Below are positions 20,561 to 31,371 of a stretch of 64,000 nucleotides of DNA, one piece after another. Location of the stretch: positions 5,712 to 69,711 of IMG/VR virus record IMGVR_UViG_3300030419_005344; one strand, 5' to 3'. Numbering within the stretch: position 1 is the stretch's first letter; every line of letters starts with the position of its first letter. The notes below the pieces were generated by a model, which saw only the letters and a list, made by a program, of their open reading frames with translations, was not told the DNA's origin and did no database searches. The position numbers and the translations under genes were made by a program. The DNA comes from a virus.

Positions 20561-22356
20561 TACTTAACAGTTCCTTTAATATCAATTAGCGGAAACTTAA
20601 TCTCCAAGATAACATTGTCTGGCACCGACAAATACCGTCCGTCAAGCGACATATATTGTTCTATATTGAGACTAGAAGAGGAGTAGTCGCCACCTGTCTT
20701 GCTGACTAGACTAACTCTAGATGTGTCCACAACTCCTCGGACCTTGTTCAGTGCTGTATATACGTCGGTAACATAAAATCTTTCACCAATAAACATAGAA
20801 GCCGCGAATCTTTCCCTTAGGGCACGGATGCATGAATCTAGAACTTCAAATCTGTTGACCTCTTCGCTAGATACCACTTCAAAGTCGATGCCTATATTCA
20901 CTATTTTAGCGTCTAGGATATCAACAGTGTCATTGATCATGCGATAACGATTTAGGTGAACTTTTAAGTTTTCTTTTAGTGCGTTGTTGGATTGAGCCAA
21001 TTTGCCAAAAGAATCCTCAGAAACAATGTAAATATTTAGATTTCTTTTTAGTGAGTCTTGGTCCTTGATCACACGGGCCCGCTTTACATCTCCAAACTTA
21101 GCTGGCATCATGTAAGTTAAAGCTTCATAATCTTGTGATGTAACGGCCCTGTTTTGGCTAGCAAAGGCGTTCATGGCCTGTAGTCTAATTTCTTCTCTTG
21201 AAGGCAACGAATTAGAGCCTACTAATGGCTCCTCGTTGTAGCACTCAATACTTGATATAACCTGAGTTGCTTGAGAAGTTGTAGCGATTGTTGGGTCGTT
21301 GAACTCAAATATCGGATTAATAATTCTAGTAATGGAACCGACAGCGGCGTTTGTGTTGAGGGAGGTGTTTCTTCTTTTGGTTATGGTCAGAGTAGTGTTG
21401 GCAGGGCCAATGCCTAATTTATCATTGCCGACTAGGTTAGAGGGATCAAAGGAAGCATCCGTAGTGTAATCCTTGGCTGCTCTTTGTAAAACAACATTAG
21501 CTGGGTCTGCAACTGTCTGTGTGCCAGTTTCAGTATCAGAGCCGTGGCCAAATGTTAAAGTTACCCCATTTGAGTCGTAGTCAACAACAAATCTTCTAGC
21601 AGTCACAAAAGGCCTCATAAGAGATGGGGCATTTTGTCTTGTGTTCTCATCGCGGTTTGGTACTGACTTATACACCACGTCTTGTGTTAAATGTTCTACT
21701 TGGAAATACTCATGGCCCTCGGAATCAAAAACGCTGACTATCTCTACCAAGCTAGAGTCGTTTAGCCTAACTTTTTTAAACTTTTCAAATGCGCCAACAG
21801 TAACTGATTCCGTATCGAACACACCAGAAATTACTTGCCCCTCTGCTTTAATAGCATAGCTCGTAGGATTTCCTGTTGTTGCATCTGTGTTAGCAGCAAC
21901 AACATCATTTGAGGGGTCATCAAAGCGAACGTCCTCGGTTAGAATAAATGAAGCTCCGTCTGTAGAGCTTAATACTGTATTAGACTTTAATATAGGCATA
22001 AATCTGGTATCTGGACCGAGACCTGTTGAGTTGGCCGGCACTATCGCGTACATAGAAACAACACCAGTGGTTGATGTCGAGCCTCTAAACTTATAACCCA
22101 TTTGAGAAGCTAGTCTGATTATTGTATCATAATCCGTGGCCGTATCAATAAAGGACTCGTTAACTTGATAGTCCAAATAAAAAGACATGATATCGCCAAC
22201 ATAAGCAACTGTGTCAATCATGAGAGAACCAAAAGAAGCTTCACTAAAATCTTTTAATGTATTAGGGTAGTATCTTTTAGCATAGTTAACCAAGTCCTCT
22301 CGTATGGACTGGAAATCTCTGCTTGTGTATTTAATAGGTACGTTTCGTCTGGCCAT
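20560..22356 (-). CDS. Baseplate wedge subunit (T4 gp6 / baseplate J-like)
   Basis: 'YTSRDFQSIREDL..YAKRYYP...DFSEAS.G...ID..AYVGD..SFYLD' and 'QNRAVTSQDYE' are typical gp6-like motifs. Adjacent to a gp25-like gene. Confidence 0.85.
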   Translation of the reverse strand: MARRNVPIKYTSRDFQSIREDLVNYAKRYYPNTLKDFSEASFGSLMIDTVAYVGDIMSFYLDYQVNESFIDTATDYDTIIRLASQMGYKFRGSTSTTGVVSMYAIVPANSTGLGPDTRFMPILKSNTVLSSTDGASFILTEDVRFDDPSNDVVAANTDATTGNPTSYAIKAEGQVISGVFDTESVTVGAFEKFKKVRLNDSSLVEIVSVFDSEGHEYFQVEHLTQDVVYKSVPNRDENTRQNAPSLMRPFVTARRFVVDYDSNGVTLTFGHGSDTETGTQTVADPANVVLQRAAKDYTTDASFDPSNLVGNDKLGIGPANTTLTITKRRNTSLNTNAAVGSITRIINPIFEFNDPTIATTSQATQVISSIECYNEEPLVGSNSLPSREEIRLQAMNAFASQNRAVTSQDYEALTYMMPAKFGDVKRARVIKDQDSLKRNLNIYIVSEDSFGKLAQSNNALKENLKVHLNRYRMINDTVDILDAKIVNIGIDFEVVSSEEVNRFEVLDSCIRALRERFAASMFIGERFYVTDVYTALNKVRGVVDTSRVSLVSKTGGDYSSSSLNIEQYMSLDGRYLSVPDNVILEIKFPLIDIKGTVK

Positions 22357-22374
22357 TTATAGACTCTCCATTGT

Positions 22375-22382
22375 TAAATAGT
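22375..22382 (-). promoter_or_regulatory. Candidate phage late promoter motif ACTATTTA
   Basis: Intergenic, 18 nt upstream of the ATG at 22356, followed by a GGAGAG SD. Confidence 0.6.
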
Positions 22383-22430
22383 ATCAAGTATAACATTTGA
22401 GCGCTAAGTTTAGCGGTGGGTGTCCATTGC

Positions 22431-22823
22431 TTATAGCGTGGTCGCAGTTGCCACGTCAACTGTTAAATCAGAAACTAAATTAGCTGCTGGGACTGAATAC
22501 TTTATGGATACAATTAAGCTTGCTGCGTCTGTTTCGGACACAAACACGTTTAGTTGCAGTAAATCAATATAGGGTAAATATTTCGCAACCTGCTTCTGTA
22601 TGGCGTCCCTAACTATATCAACTGTATCGTTGGTGGCTGGCTCAAACAAAAACCGACGTATTCCGGCTCCAAATTCCGGTATCATAATTCTTTCACCCGG
22701 ATTTGTTAAAATAACCATTTTTAAATTTTGAGCAGCCATAGCTGCTATATCTTTGTTGAGTGAATAAGCGCCATCAGTCGTGTTCACATTTAGTGGCAGC
22801 GCCACAGATAATCCCTCAGCCAT
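22431..22823 (-). CDS. Baseplate wedge/sheath initiator, T4 gp25 / GPW-like
   Basis: 'QNLKMVILTNPGERIMIPEFGAGIRRFLFEP' is the canonical gp25 family motif. Confidence 0.9.
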   Translation of the reverse strand: MAEGLSVALPLNVNTTDGAYSLNKDIAAMAAQNLKMVILTNPGERIMIPEFGAGIRRFLFEPATNDTVDIVRDAIQKQVAKYLPYIDLLQLNVFVSETDAASLIVSIKYSVPAANLVSDLTVDVATATTL

Positions 22824-22840
22824 CTTGCTTCTCCTTTTAA

Positions 22841-22848
22841 TAAATAGT
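22841..22848 (-). promoter_or_regulatory. Candidate phage late promoter motif ACTATTTA
   Basis: In the 27-nt gap: ACTATTTATTAAAAGGAGAAGCAAG-ATG. Confidence 0.65.
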
Positions 22849-22850
22849 CA

Positions 22851-25800
22851 CTAACACTCGTCCCCATCCACATTATATGGATTACCCTTGACTCGCAGGC
22901 CGCGCTCCCACCACCGTAGGCCGTCTTCAAAGTTTATCTTAGGCCTAATCAAGTCCCTCAAGCTATCAGCTTGGTTTGGAGGAGAGCGGTCATTAGACAC
23001 ATCGAAATCAATGGCCTGTGCTGCCTCATAAAAACTTTCAAACACTTGACGTGCTGTTTGCCTAGATCTTTCAAAAGACTTAGTGGGGCTGTGATTCCAT
23101 TTGCGGAACTTCTTGCCTTTCCTGCCTCCGGGAAGCTCCCATAAGTCCCCTCCCTCGTTAGGATACCCAACGTTTCCGATGGCATCTGTAAAAGATAAAG
23201 TAGAATACATCGCCAGCAACGAAATAAACCTAGGCAAAGGAAACGCGTACTTGAATAACATTCTATATTCTGGCTTTTTGACTAATTCCTGTATTAAACA
23301 AACTACATCATATTTATTCGGGTCAAATAAGCTAAATTTTTGATCTGGGATGGGAAGTTCTGCCGACACTAGTGGAATCAAATATCTAGTGTTTCCTTTT
23401 CTGTTTTTGGTCTTGTAAGCCTTGTTGTTCAGGGAAAACTCAGAACTAACAGTGCTCATAACATTCTCAAAAACACCGTTATCTTCTTGCTTTGGTTGGT
23501 AACAAATTCGCAACCCAAAGCTCCAGCCTGTAATTTCAATTTCGTGGCGGTGTCCGTCATCGTCCTCGTTTAGTTGTGCTCTTTGAATTTCGCCGTTTAC
23601 TATTTCGTGGAAATGCTCGTTTCCTCGACTATCGACATATGTATCGGTCACGCCATTACCGTTCTCATCAATCTCGTATTCATGGGTATGATTTTCTATT
23701 TTAGTAGTTTCGCCGGTCGGAGGAGGGTTCCCCCAAATATCAGAAATAAGACCTTCGGTTCCGCGAGCGCTTAAGTTCTGAATGTAGTCGTCCCAATCAT
23801 CAATATTAACAATTTCATACAGATTGTCTGCACGGTTTACTGGTATTTCAACAAAACCTTCATCTTTTTCGTGAATTCTAATGTACTTTTCTAACACAAA
23901 CGGCCAATAATCGTCGCTAGAAGCACTCTCAATCACATAATCACTCGGGTTACTAGGATCTGACGTTACATTATAAGGTCCTCCGCTATTAACGGCGCCG
24001 CGGATCCAATCAGGACTTAACACAAACAGATGGTCAACATTGTCAACTACCGGAACGACAGCCTTGGCAAATTTATCTCTTAAAAGGTTGAACTCTTCTC
24101 TAATGTATCTTCTTAAGAATACTGTAGCCTCTTGTTCTGTCTCGGATATCATTTTTATAAATGCTCTATCCTTTGCCAGCTTGGCGTCTCTTTTATTAAA
24201 TCTTGAGCTTCCTGCACCGATCCCTGCTGCCGAGGCGCCGGGGGAGGTGGAAAAGAAGTTATCAAAAATTCCTTTACCTTTGATAGCAGCATCCGATAAA
24301 CTTTCCAACTCTCCATCAAAATCTAAATAAAATTGCCTGACTCTCTCAGTGATAACGTTGAAAGCTTCTATCTCCTCTTGTGACATATCTTCTTCAGTTA
24401 TTATGCCAGAGGCTAGCTTTCTTTTTGTATTATTAACTGCCTGTTCTAGGAATCTGTAATAATATGTATCATCTCCGGCGCCTGTGCGTCGAGCGCCATC
24501 CTCAAACAAGCCTTGCTTCATTCTTTCGGCCACAAACTGCAACATTAAGTCATCATAGTTAGCCTCCGAGAAACCAAACGCTGTAAAAGCTGGCACGGTG
24601 CGAAGAAACACATCAAGAGCATAAATTCTAATAATCGCCCTCATAGCACCCTCTATATTGGCAGCATCAAAGTTGGTAAATATCTTGTCGTATGGAGCTT
24701 CTTGCGAACAAAGCGGGTCTTGTTGCAGTCTCTGGTCGTCCACTAGTTGTGACTGCATGTCACTCATCAGGTCATTTAGGTCCTCTAAACTATATATGGC
24801 TTTAGAGTATGGCTCACAGCCAGACGGCTCTGGCACCAACGTGTCGCACAAATCCATCCACCCTTTATACTTTCGTTCCTGTACGTAAAACGGTGGAGGC
24901 ACCTTATCAGGAAAAAGCCTTGCTAGCGGACCACCATAAATCTGAGGGTCAAGCTCTATAATTTTCGGCTCTTTCTCTGGGTCGTAGCCGAATTTAAATG
25001 CTCTTGATAATTCGCTGAAGTCGGCCAACTCTTCTGTTGTAGGCTTTGGCTCTTTTGTTAAGGCTGACCCGATTGCGGCTCCGAGGAGGGCGCCTCCTCC
25101 TGTCGCCGCTACAGCGATGGCCGCGCCGGCGATTGCTCCGGCTTGTTTATCCGTTAGTAGGCCATCATCCTCCGGTTGGGCTGCTGGTGAGTCGCTTGAG
25201 ATTTTTTGTTTCTTGCCGGTGGCGATAATTGTTGAAATACGTGTCATAAACCCGGAGGATATTTCATCAAAAGTATTCTTAGCAAAATAGTTTCTAAACC
25301 TTGTTTTTCCGGCCTCGCGATAAAGTGCTTGAGTGTCGCTAGCCGCATTGGCAAGAACATTTGTAAAATATCTATAAACAGCTTGTATCTCATGTGCATC
25401 TTCGGGCGGAGGGCTACCATCACGGTATCTTGGTTCGCCATTAGCCGGAGATGTAATGGCATCTAGCAAGTCAGCCACGTCGCCCGGGGGTGTAGAGTTA
25501 ACTGTAAACTCATATCGAGGATAGATGTACATCTCCTGCCCGGTTTGGTAAATGGACTGCGGTGGAGCGTCGGCGCCGAGCTTTCTTAATTCAGAGGGTG
25601 TCAGGCCCTTTTCTTTGGAAGCACGAACAGTCTCTACAACCTTAACTTGATACTTGTTTTCTTTCATTAGTGTATTGGAACCTGTATCAAACAAATTGTA
25701 ATCATATTCTATCGTGAACTCAAACGGCGATGTCCCTTCTTCTGGGTCGTCTGGGTATGAAGCATACTTAAGAATAATGTCAGCAGATGACGTGTCTGGT

Positions 25801-28800
25801 AATTCTAGGAGTTTGTGTTTGTTTTTAGGGCCGTAATAATCGATAAAGATTTCACCCTCGGTTCCCCATTGACCACCAATATCTTTTTCGAGGGCTTTAC
25901 CCGTCTTACCGGTGCCGCCCAGAACTTGCTTTCCAAGCAGCACTTCGCGAGCCAAATCTTCTGGGGAGTTTTTCTTTGTAGTCTTCCGGAAGTCATTGGT
26001 GGCCGAAGATGAATCTTCATCCTCCCAATCCTTTTGAAAAAACAGTGGCTTTGTGATGCCCAAGAGCAAGTCTTGCTCAAGGACGCTTCTTTTGCCGGAG
26101 CGGTCTTTGCCAGATTTCTTCTGGCCGTATGCATCTAGCCACTTATTAACATACTTTCTTCTTTCTCCAATTCTTTTATTATTTACTCTTAACACCCTAT
26201 CGTGCTCATCTAGCGCGGCCTGCATACTTGGAAAGCCCTTGGGTTTTGTTGTGGTACTAAATGTGAGGTTCCTATTCATCTCTTTGTATTGCTTGGCCAA
26301 ATATGCTGCAACTGTTGGCGGGTAGCCGCCATGAGCATACCCTTGGCCAAAAGACTGTTTACCAGATTTACCACCTTCTTCGCCCTTCAGATTCTCTCCG
26401 TGTATATTAATGGGAAATTTTTTAGCCCCAGTTCCGGGTGTGTCTTCAGGCTTTTTAATCGCGTTGTCGCAGTGATAATCAAAGAAACCCAAGTCAGCAG
26501 CGAGGGGGGCGCCGAAGTGTTCAACATACCACTGGTGTTGCTTAAACGGGCGGCCCATTGTGTCAGACATGATAGCATTAAGAAAGCCGCCGCGTCCTGA
26601 CTTATTAATCGGACCCCACAAATCTCTCAGATGTTGTTTTTCTATATTCTCCATCATGGCCTTGGAAATATTTTGGTCCAAAGTTTTTTGCAAGGGATGT
26701 TCTTTAGGGAAGAAACCGTCATCTGGACAGTCACCAGACGAGGTTATGGGTGGAAAATCAGAAAACGGACCATTCTGTAGTGCGTTAGCCAAGTCTTGTA
26801 AATCTTGGAGTGCTTTGTCCTTAAGGTCGTCAAGCTGTTCGCGACACTCTTCAGGCGTTAATCCCTTTTGCCCAAGAAGTTCACATTTTAAGTCATCGAT
26901 TCTGTTTTTTGTTTCTTCATCACAAGGGTTTGGGGGATTATCAAGTGACACCGTGGGCACCGACTCAATAATAGCATCCAAGTTTGGAATAAATGGTGCC
27001 AAACTCTTAAAGAAACCAGCAATAGCATTTGGATCCGAGAACACCTCTCGAATACAAGGAGACGGAGATGTTCTAGCAACTTCAATGGCCATCTTAATTG
27101 TTTCTTCGCTGGTGTTGCCTTGTAGTAATTGAATCACTTGACCTTGAGTTAACATCATGGACAAGTCATCAATAAAGTCTCCCATTTCAGAACCAGACAT
27201 TGTTTCAAGGCAAGTTGCTTCCGGACCGCCAACTGCACCAAATAGGTTTTTTAGCGCATCGTTCAAGTCTTCTTGTGTGGCATCTGGGCACAGGTTGTCC
27301 TTCAAAAGGTCCCTAAAGTGGTTGTTGCCGCTGAAGAGGTCTAGTAAGTTGGCTCCCAAGGTTGCTAGCGCGTCACATGCGATAGAAAATATCTTTTCTA
27401 AAATTAATTTCATAATTTTCATCAATATAGCAATTGCTGTTGACCTAATAGCCTCTAGTACGGCTTCCAGCAGCCTAGCAAATAAGTCAAACGGCTTTTC
27501 TATAGTGTCAAAATCAGGGAAAGTTAAATCCCAGTCCCAATTACATAAATCAAACTCTAGAGTATTCATAAAAGAGTCTAATCTAGGCTCGGCAAAAATT
27601 AATGGCGTTTGTCGGCAGGGCAGCTTCTTAAGCATTTGTGCAATAATTGGGGCGCCCGGGAGACGATTCATCGCCTCTAGTAACTCGTCAGCCCCTAGAG
27701 ATTTAAGCATTGAGCTACGAAGAGCGTCAAAGGCTGCTTTTTGTGCATTGCCTAGTGCAGCCCCATATTGATTTCCAGAACCCTGACTAACACGTCCTTG
27801 GTTAAAGGTAAATTCCCCTCCAGAATAATCCATACCAAACAAACCTTGGTCGCGACCGGTTGCTTGCGGGGCGCCCTCACGGGCTTCGATACGGGCGGCC
27901 TTTTCTTCTTCAAGCAACTCCGATGCTGCCGAATAGTCTCTTAAGTTCATGCCCCCGGCTAGCTGTCTATCAACTATGTCTTGTGCCTCTTCTTCGCTGA
28001 TAAAGCCTCCGGGATTATCTTCTGGGTTGGTCAACAAAATGGCTTCGTTCACAACAGCGTCATATAAGTCTTGTCTAGTGACCTGCTCAGTGCTATTCAA
28101 GGGACTTACGGAAAACCCAGCTCCAGTATAACTACCGGGGTTATATGCTCCGCCAAACTCGGCCGTCTCCCAAGGTGCCGGAATGCTTCCAAAGTCTTGC
28201 TCTAGCTGGCCTATGATTTTAAGCTGCTGTTCGGGCGACAAGCCCAAAAACGTCCTAGAAAGAGCGGCGTCTTCCATAGAATTAAATGCAGCTTCTGCCA
28301 AAGCTTGTGTGGCAGATTGCTCTCCGAGGCCTTGTGCCACACAATCAATCGCGGTCATAACGAGCCCAAGCCACCCACAAAAACCCAGACGGTCGTTTAG
28401 TCGTTCAAAAAACTTTTCATTAGGATCATAGTTTGGCGGTAGTTTATAGGCGGCCAACTGACCCGATTTCCTAACATCATCTTGTTTTTCTGGTGATAAC
28501 TTTCCAAAGGCCGTCTGTGCTGGAAACATTTCTTCTAGAACTATATCTAGGTATGGGTCTTGAACTGACAATTTTCTTTTTAGAGTCTGCAAAACTCTTT
28601 GACTTTCATCATTAAGGCGGCCGGAAAAATCTCTTAGCTCTTCCAATTCCTTGTCCAGCCCCTCTCTGGAGTAGCAACTAAACCTAGAAAAGTTCTGCAA
28701 TATGAGGTCGGGTACCCCGTATATTAAATCTTCTGTTTCTTCAAAAAACTTATCCACTGAATCGCCTGTAACGGCCGAGTTAAGCAAACAACCAAGCGCT

Positions 28801-30356
28801 GTTGGGTCGTTAAAAATAGTGTTGTCGTTTGCCCCATACCTAACCTCAATCGGAGGATATGTATTTTTTGTAACCACTTCCAGCCATGGCGTGGCCGTTC
28901 GAGCTGTTAAATCATTATCTATTTCCGGTAGAACCCCAATATAGTGCAGAGTTCTAGTCCTGTTAAATGGACTTCTCTTAACGTACTTGTTAAAGGTGCT
29001 CTTAAACTTGCCCTTCTTCCCCACTCTAACAATCGGGCATCCGGGCAAATTCATTTGAAACTGTTCAATTCGAATATTGTCGTCACCAGTTTCCTTAAAT
29101 TTTATCACAATCTTTTCAGGCACTTTAGCTGGTTTCAGCCTACTAAGACTAAAGCCCAACTCTTCAAGCATAGCTCTTAATTCTTCAATAAATAAGCCTA
29201 TCTTTTCTCCCTCTTTCATTAAATCAATCGTGCTGGCTTTCGTGCCAGCAGGCGTAATCTCTAGAAGGCTACCCCCTTCAGAACTTCGCCATCTTTTAAG
29301 CTCATTGTTATAGACACGGAATGCATTTCCAACTCTTCGGGCCATGCCAACGATTTCAGTGCCCTCAAAGGATACCTCTAGGTTTGTTATGAATTCAGTC
29401 TCTGGCTCGGATACTAGCCTATCTGGTACGCGGTATAGTTGTTCGACCGGAACAGAAATAAGAACTCTTGTTCTTGCCTTAAGTTGTATTGGGATGCTAA
29501 AATTAAACTCGGCGTATTTTGTCAACTCTTTAATGCAGTCTATTTCTTGTGTTTCTAAATTATAACCAGCCTTTTCCGGAACTGCGGAGCCACCAAAGGC
29601 GGCTGCAACAGCAGCAGTTCCTCCAAGAAGTGCTGCCAATCCGATGGCGGCGCCTCCGGTCAAGGTGGCCCCAACTGCCATGGCGGCGCCGGCGGGGCCT
29701 GCGCCTGCGATTGCGCCGGCTAAAGCTACTTGTCCCAACATGGTTTTGGGAGGCTGTGGCACATACATGTACGCTGTAGCTGTGTCAGCCTTATTAAAGT
29801 AATCAAGCATAAGCTTGATACCTCGATTTATCTGCTCATTTTGAAAAGCTTTTGATTTTAGTTCATCAGAAGTTGGTCCCGGCTCTTGAGACGAACCTAT
29901 CGCAGAAGAGAACGCTAGTGGTGGCGCATTAAACGTAAATACAATATTCTGTGTACAATTTTTGCCATCAAAAAAGACCTCTCCGTCTTCCATCATGCGG
30001 TAGTCTGGAACGTAAGCGTATGGGTTTGGGCGACATAGGGGGCACGGCTCTGCGTCTTCCGGGGGTGATAGAGGGTCGCACTCTAAAAACTTAAATTCCT
30101 CTATCTTTAACTCGCTATCATATAAATCAGCATAGTCAGCCAGTGGGCCGTCCTCTGCCAGATTTGGTCCAGTTGAACGACCAACGGGGTCATCAACCCC
30201 ATTACCAAAGGCGTTTTGGGCATCCTGATTTATTCTTTCGCGGCGGGAGCGACGGTCTCTTCCGGGGCCTTGTGTGGACTCTGTGTCTACTGCGTACTCT
30301 TCCAGACTTGAGCGACCGTCTTCTCTAGTAATTTTGCCTTTTTCGTACTTAGCCAT
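22851..30356 (-). CDS. Giant virion-associated protein (2501 aa) with two Gly/Ala hydrophobic segments and an HxH repeat
   Basis: Sits between the spike-like genes and gp25. Helical, acidic and Cys-containing. Family not recognised. Confidence 0.6.
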   Translation of the reverse strand: MAKYEKGKITREDGRSSLEEYAVDTESTQGPGRDRRSRRERINQDAQNAFGNGVDDPVGRSTGPNLAEDGPLADYADLYDSELKIEEFKFLECDPLSPPEDAEPCPLCRPNPYAYVPDYRMMEDGEVFFDGKNCTQNIVFTFNAPPLAFSSAIGSSQEPGPTSDELKSKAFQNEQINRGIKLMLDYFNKADTATAYMYVPQPPKTMLGQVALAGAIAGAGPAGAAMAVGATLTGGAAIGLAALLGGTAAVAAAFGGSAVPEKAGYNLETQEIDCIKELTKYAEFNFSIPIQLKARTRVLISVPVEQLYRVPDRLVSEPETEFITNLEVSFEGTEIVGMARRVGNAFRVYNNELKRWRSSEGGSLLEITPAGTKASTIDLMKEGEKIGLFIEELRAMLEELGFSLSRLKPAKVPEKIVIKFKETGDDNIRIEQFQMNLPGCPIVRVGKKGKFKSTFNKYVKRSPFNRTRTLHYIGVLPEIDNDLTARTATPWLEVVTKNTYPPIEVRYGANDNTIFNDPTALGCLLNSAVTGDSVDKFFEETEDLIYGVPDLILQNFSRFSCYSREGLDKELEELRDFSGRLNDESQRVLQTLKRKLSVQDPYLDIVLEEMFPAQTAFGKLSPEKQDDVRKSGQLAAYKLPPNYDPNEKFFERLNDRLGFCGWLGLVMTAIDCVAQGLGEQSATQALAEAAFNSMEDAALSRTFLGLSPEQQLKIIGQLEQDFGSIPAPWETAEFGGAYNPGSYTGAGFSVSPLNSTEQVTRQDLYDAVVNEAILLTNPEDNPGGFISEEEAQDIVDRQLAGGMNLRDYSAASELLEEEKAARIEAREGAPQATGRDQGLFGMDYSGGEFTFNQGRVSQGSGNQYGAALGNAQKAAFDALRSSMLKSLGADELLEAMNRLPGAPIIAQMLKKLPCRQTPLIFAEPRLDSFMNTLEFDLCNWDWDLTFPDFDTIEKPFDLFARLLEAVLEAIRSTAIAILMKIMKLILEKIFSIACDALATLGANLLDLFSGNNHFRDLLKDNLCPDATQEDLNDALKNLFGAVGGPEATCLETMSGSEMGDFIDDLSMMLTQGQVIQLLQGNTSEETIKMAIEVARTSPSPCIREVFSDPNAIAGFFKSLAPFIPNLDAIIESVPTVSLDNPPNPCDEETKNRIDDLKCELLGQKGLTPEECREQLDDLKDKALQDLQDLANALQNGPFSDFPPITSSGDCPDDGFFPKEHPLQKTLDQNISKAMMENIEKQHLRDLWGPINKSGRGGFLNAIMSDTMGRPFKQHQWYVEHFGAPLAADLGFFDYHCDNAIKKPEDTPGTGAKKFPINIHGENLKGEEGGKSGKQSFGQGYAHGGYPPTVAAYLAKQYKEMNRNLTFSTTTKPKGFPSMQAALDEHDRVLRVNNKRIGERRKYVNKWLDAYGQKKSGKDRSGKRSVLEQDLLLGITKPLFFQKDWEDEDSSSATNDFRKTTKKNSPEDLAREVLLGKQVLGGTGKTGKALEKDIGGQWGTEGEIFIDYYGPKNKHKLLELPDTSSADIILKYASYPDDPEEGTSPFEFTIEYDYNLFDTGSNTLMKENKYQVKVVETVRASKEKGLTPSELRKLGADAPPQSIYQTGQEMYIYPRYEFTVNSTPPGDVADLLDAITSPANGEPRYRDGSPPPEDAHEIQAVYRYFTNVLANAASDTQALYREAGKTRFRNYFAKNTFDEISSGFMTRISTIIATGKKQKISSDSPAAQPEDDGLLTDKQAGAIAGAAIAVAATGGGALLGAAIGSALTKEPKPTTEELADFSELSRAFKFGYDPEKEPKIIELDPQIYGGPLARLFPDKVPPPFYVQERKYKGWMDLCDTLVPEPSGCEPYSKAIYSLEDLNDLMSDMQSQLVDDQRLQQDPLCSQEAPYDKIFTNFDAANIEGAMRAIIRIYALDVFLRTVPAFTAFGFSEANYDDLMLQFVAERMKQGLFEDGARRTGAGDDTYYYRFLEQAVNNTKRKLASGIITEEDMSQEEIEAFNVITERVRQFYLDFDGELESLSDAAIKGKGIFDNFFSTSPGASAAGIGAGSSRFNKRDAKLAKDRAFIKMISETEQEATVFLRRYIREEFNLLRDKFAKAVVPVVDNVDHLFVLSPDWIRGAVNSGGPYNVTSDPSNPSDYVIESASSDDYWPFVLEKYIRIHEKDEGFVEIPVNRADNLYEIVNIDDWDDYIQNLSARGTEGLISDIWGNPPPTGETTKIENHTHEYEIDENGNGVTDTYVDSRGNEHFHEIVNGEIQRAQLNEDDDGHRHEIEITGWSFGLRICYQPKQEDNGVFENVMSTVSSEFSLNNKAYKTKNRKGNTRYLIPLVSAELPIPDQKFSLFDPNKYDVVCLIQELVKKPEYRMLFKYAFPLPRFISLLAMYSTLSFTDAIGNVGYPNEGGDLWELPGGRKGKKFRKWNHSPTKSFERSRQTARQVFESFYEAAQAIDFDVSNDRSPPNQADSLRDLIRPKINFEDGLRWWERGLRVKGNPYNVDGDEC

Positions 30357-30357
30357 G

Positions 30358-31371
30358 TCAGTTTGTCCTATTATACTTGCTGTTTATGTAGTGTTTTCCG
30401 CCCAATTCTAAGAAGTTCATTCTCTTAGCGGTTATGGTTTGTTGCTGGTCGATTAGTTTTGTCATTTGTTTTGAAGTAAGAGACATATAGCCACTGACGC
30501 TTGATATATCAGTCACGCCGGGGAAAGTGGTAATAGGTCCTGTAGGGCCGACGCCGAGTTTCGGGCTCAAAACAGCGTTCGATAAAAGCGGTGTAATCAT
30601 TAGAAGGCCAGCAGATATAGAGTTTAGCAATAAAACATTCTTAGTTAAGGCCTCCAAATAGTGTACCAAGTTTTCACCTTTTGGAATAGGCTGTAAATAA
30701 GAGGGCTTAAACGCAAAGGGATTAATCTTAAGTATCTTGTCTACCTCTTGCTCTAGTCCAGTCGGGCCGTCGCGGTTGCCCGCTATGAGGTCGATTCCAT
30801 AAGTAACCCTAATTGGGGCTCCCAATGAGTTTAAGCCGGGTGGGTTCTTACCGGTAACAAGCTTTATTCCTTTTCTCGCCAAAATACGAACAGAGTCTGC
30901 CTTTACGGCGATTGCTGAATCTTGTATTGAAGAGCCCACTGAACCGTCGGCAATGTCAAAATATTTGTCTATATCAGCGCGTTGAGAGATATAAATTCTT
31001 GCGGCGTCTCCGGGCTTGTCATTATTCATGGAGCCGAAGTGTTTATCGGCGTACCCAAAATTCTCCTCTTCAGTGATGACGCCGTTTCTGTTTTTCTTAG
31101 CCGGCCTATAGTTTTCACTTGGGGACCAGCCCTGAAGCCCTACTACAATGTCGATTGCTCCGGAACGAGTATGTCCTTTTCCGCCATAGCCAGAACCAAC
31201 GCCTGAATTACGGTCTCGGCCCAATATTATTCTAGCGTTATTCTGCCCTTTTATTTCGGTTTCGCTAGCAGCGGTGATGTAATTTGGTACAACTTCTCTT
31301 AAATTTGAGCCATCAAACCCAGTGTATGCCGGGTCTAGTGAGTCTTCTCTTGCTGATATTTTCTTTGCCAT
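30358..31371 (-). CDS. Putative baseplate hub/central spike protein (gp5 C-terminal-like)
   Basis: 'IKGQNNARIILGRD', 'DAARIYISQ', 'SAIAVKADSVRILARKGIKLVT' and 'PIPKGENL..YL' are beta-helix-like spike segments. Position near gp25. Confidence 0.5.
   Translation of the reverse strand: MAKKISAREDSLDPAYTGFDGSNLREVVPNYITAASETEIKGQNNARIILGRDRNSGVGSGYGGKGHTRSGAIDIVVGLQGWSPSENYRPAKKNRNGVITEEENFGYADKHFGSMNNDKPGDAARIYISQRADIDKYFDIADGSVGSSIQDSAIAVKADSVRILARKGIKLVTGKNPPGLNSLGAPIRVTYGIDLIAGNRDGPTGLEQEVDKILKINPFAFKPSYLQPIPKGENLVHYLEALTKNVLLLNSISAGLLMITPLLSNAVLSPKLGVGPTGPITTFPGVTDISSVSGYMSLTSKQMTKLIDQQQTITAKRMNFLELGGKHYINSKYNRTN

Noticed and set aside
22402-22415. Short inverted repeat CGCTA-AGTT-TAGCG between the gp25-like and gp6-like genes as a terminator
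   Set aside because: Only a 5-6 bp stem with no U-tract on the coding strand.
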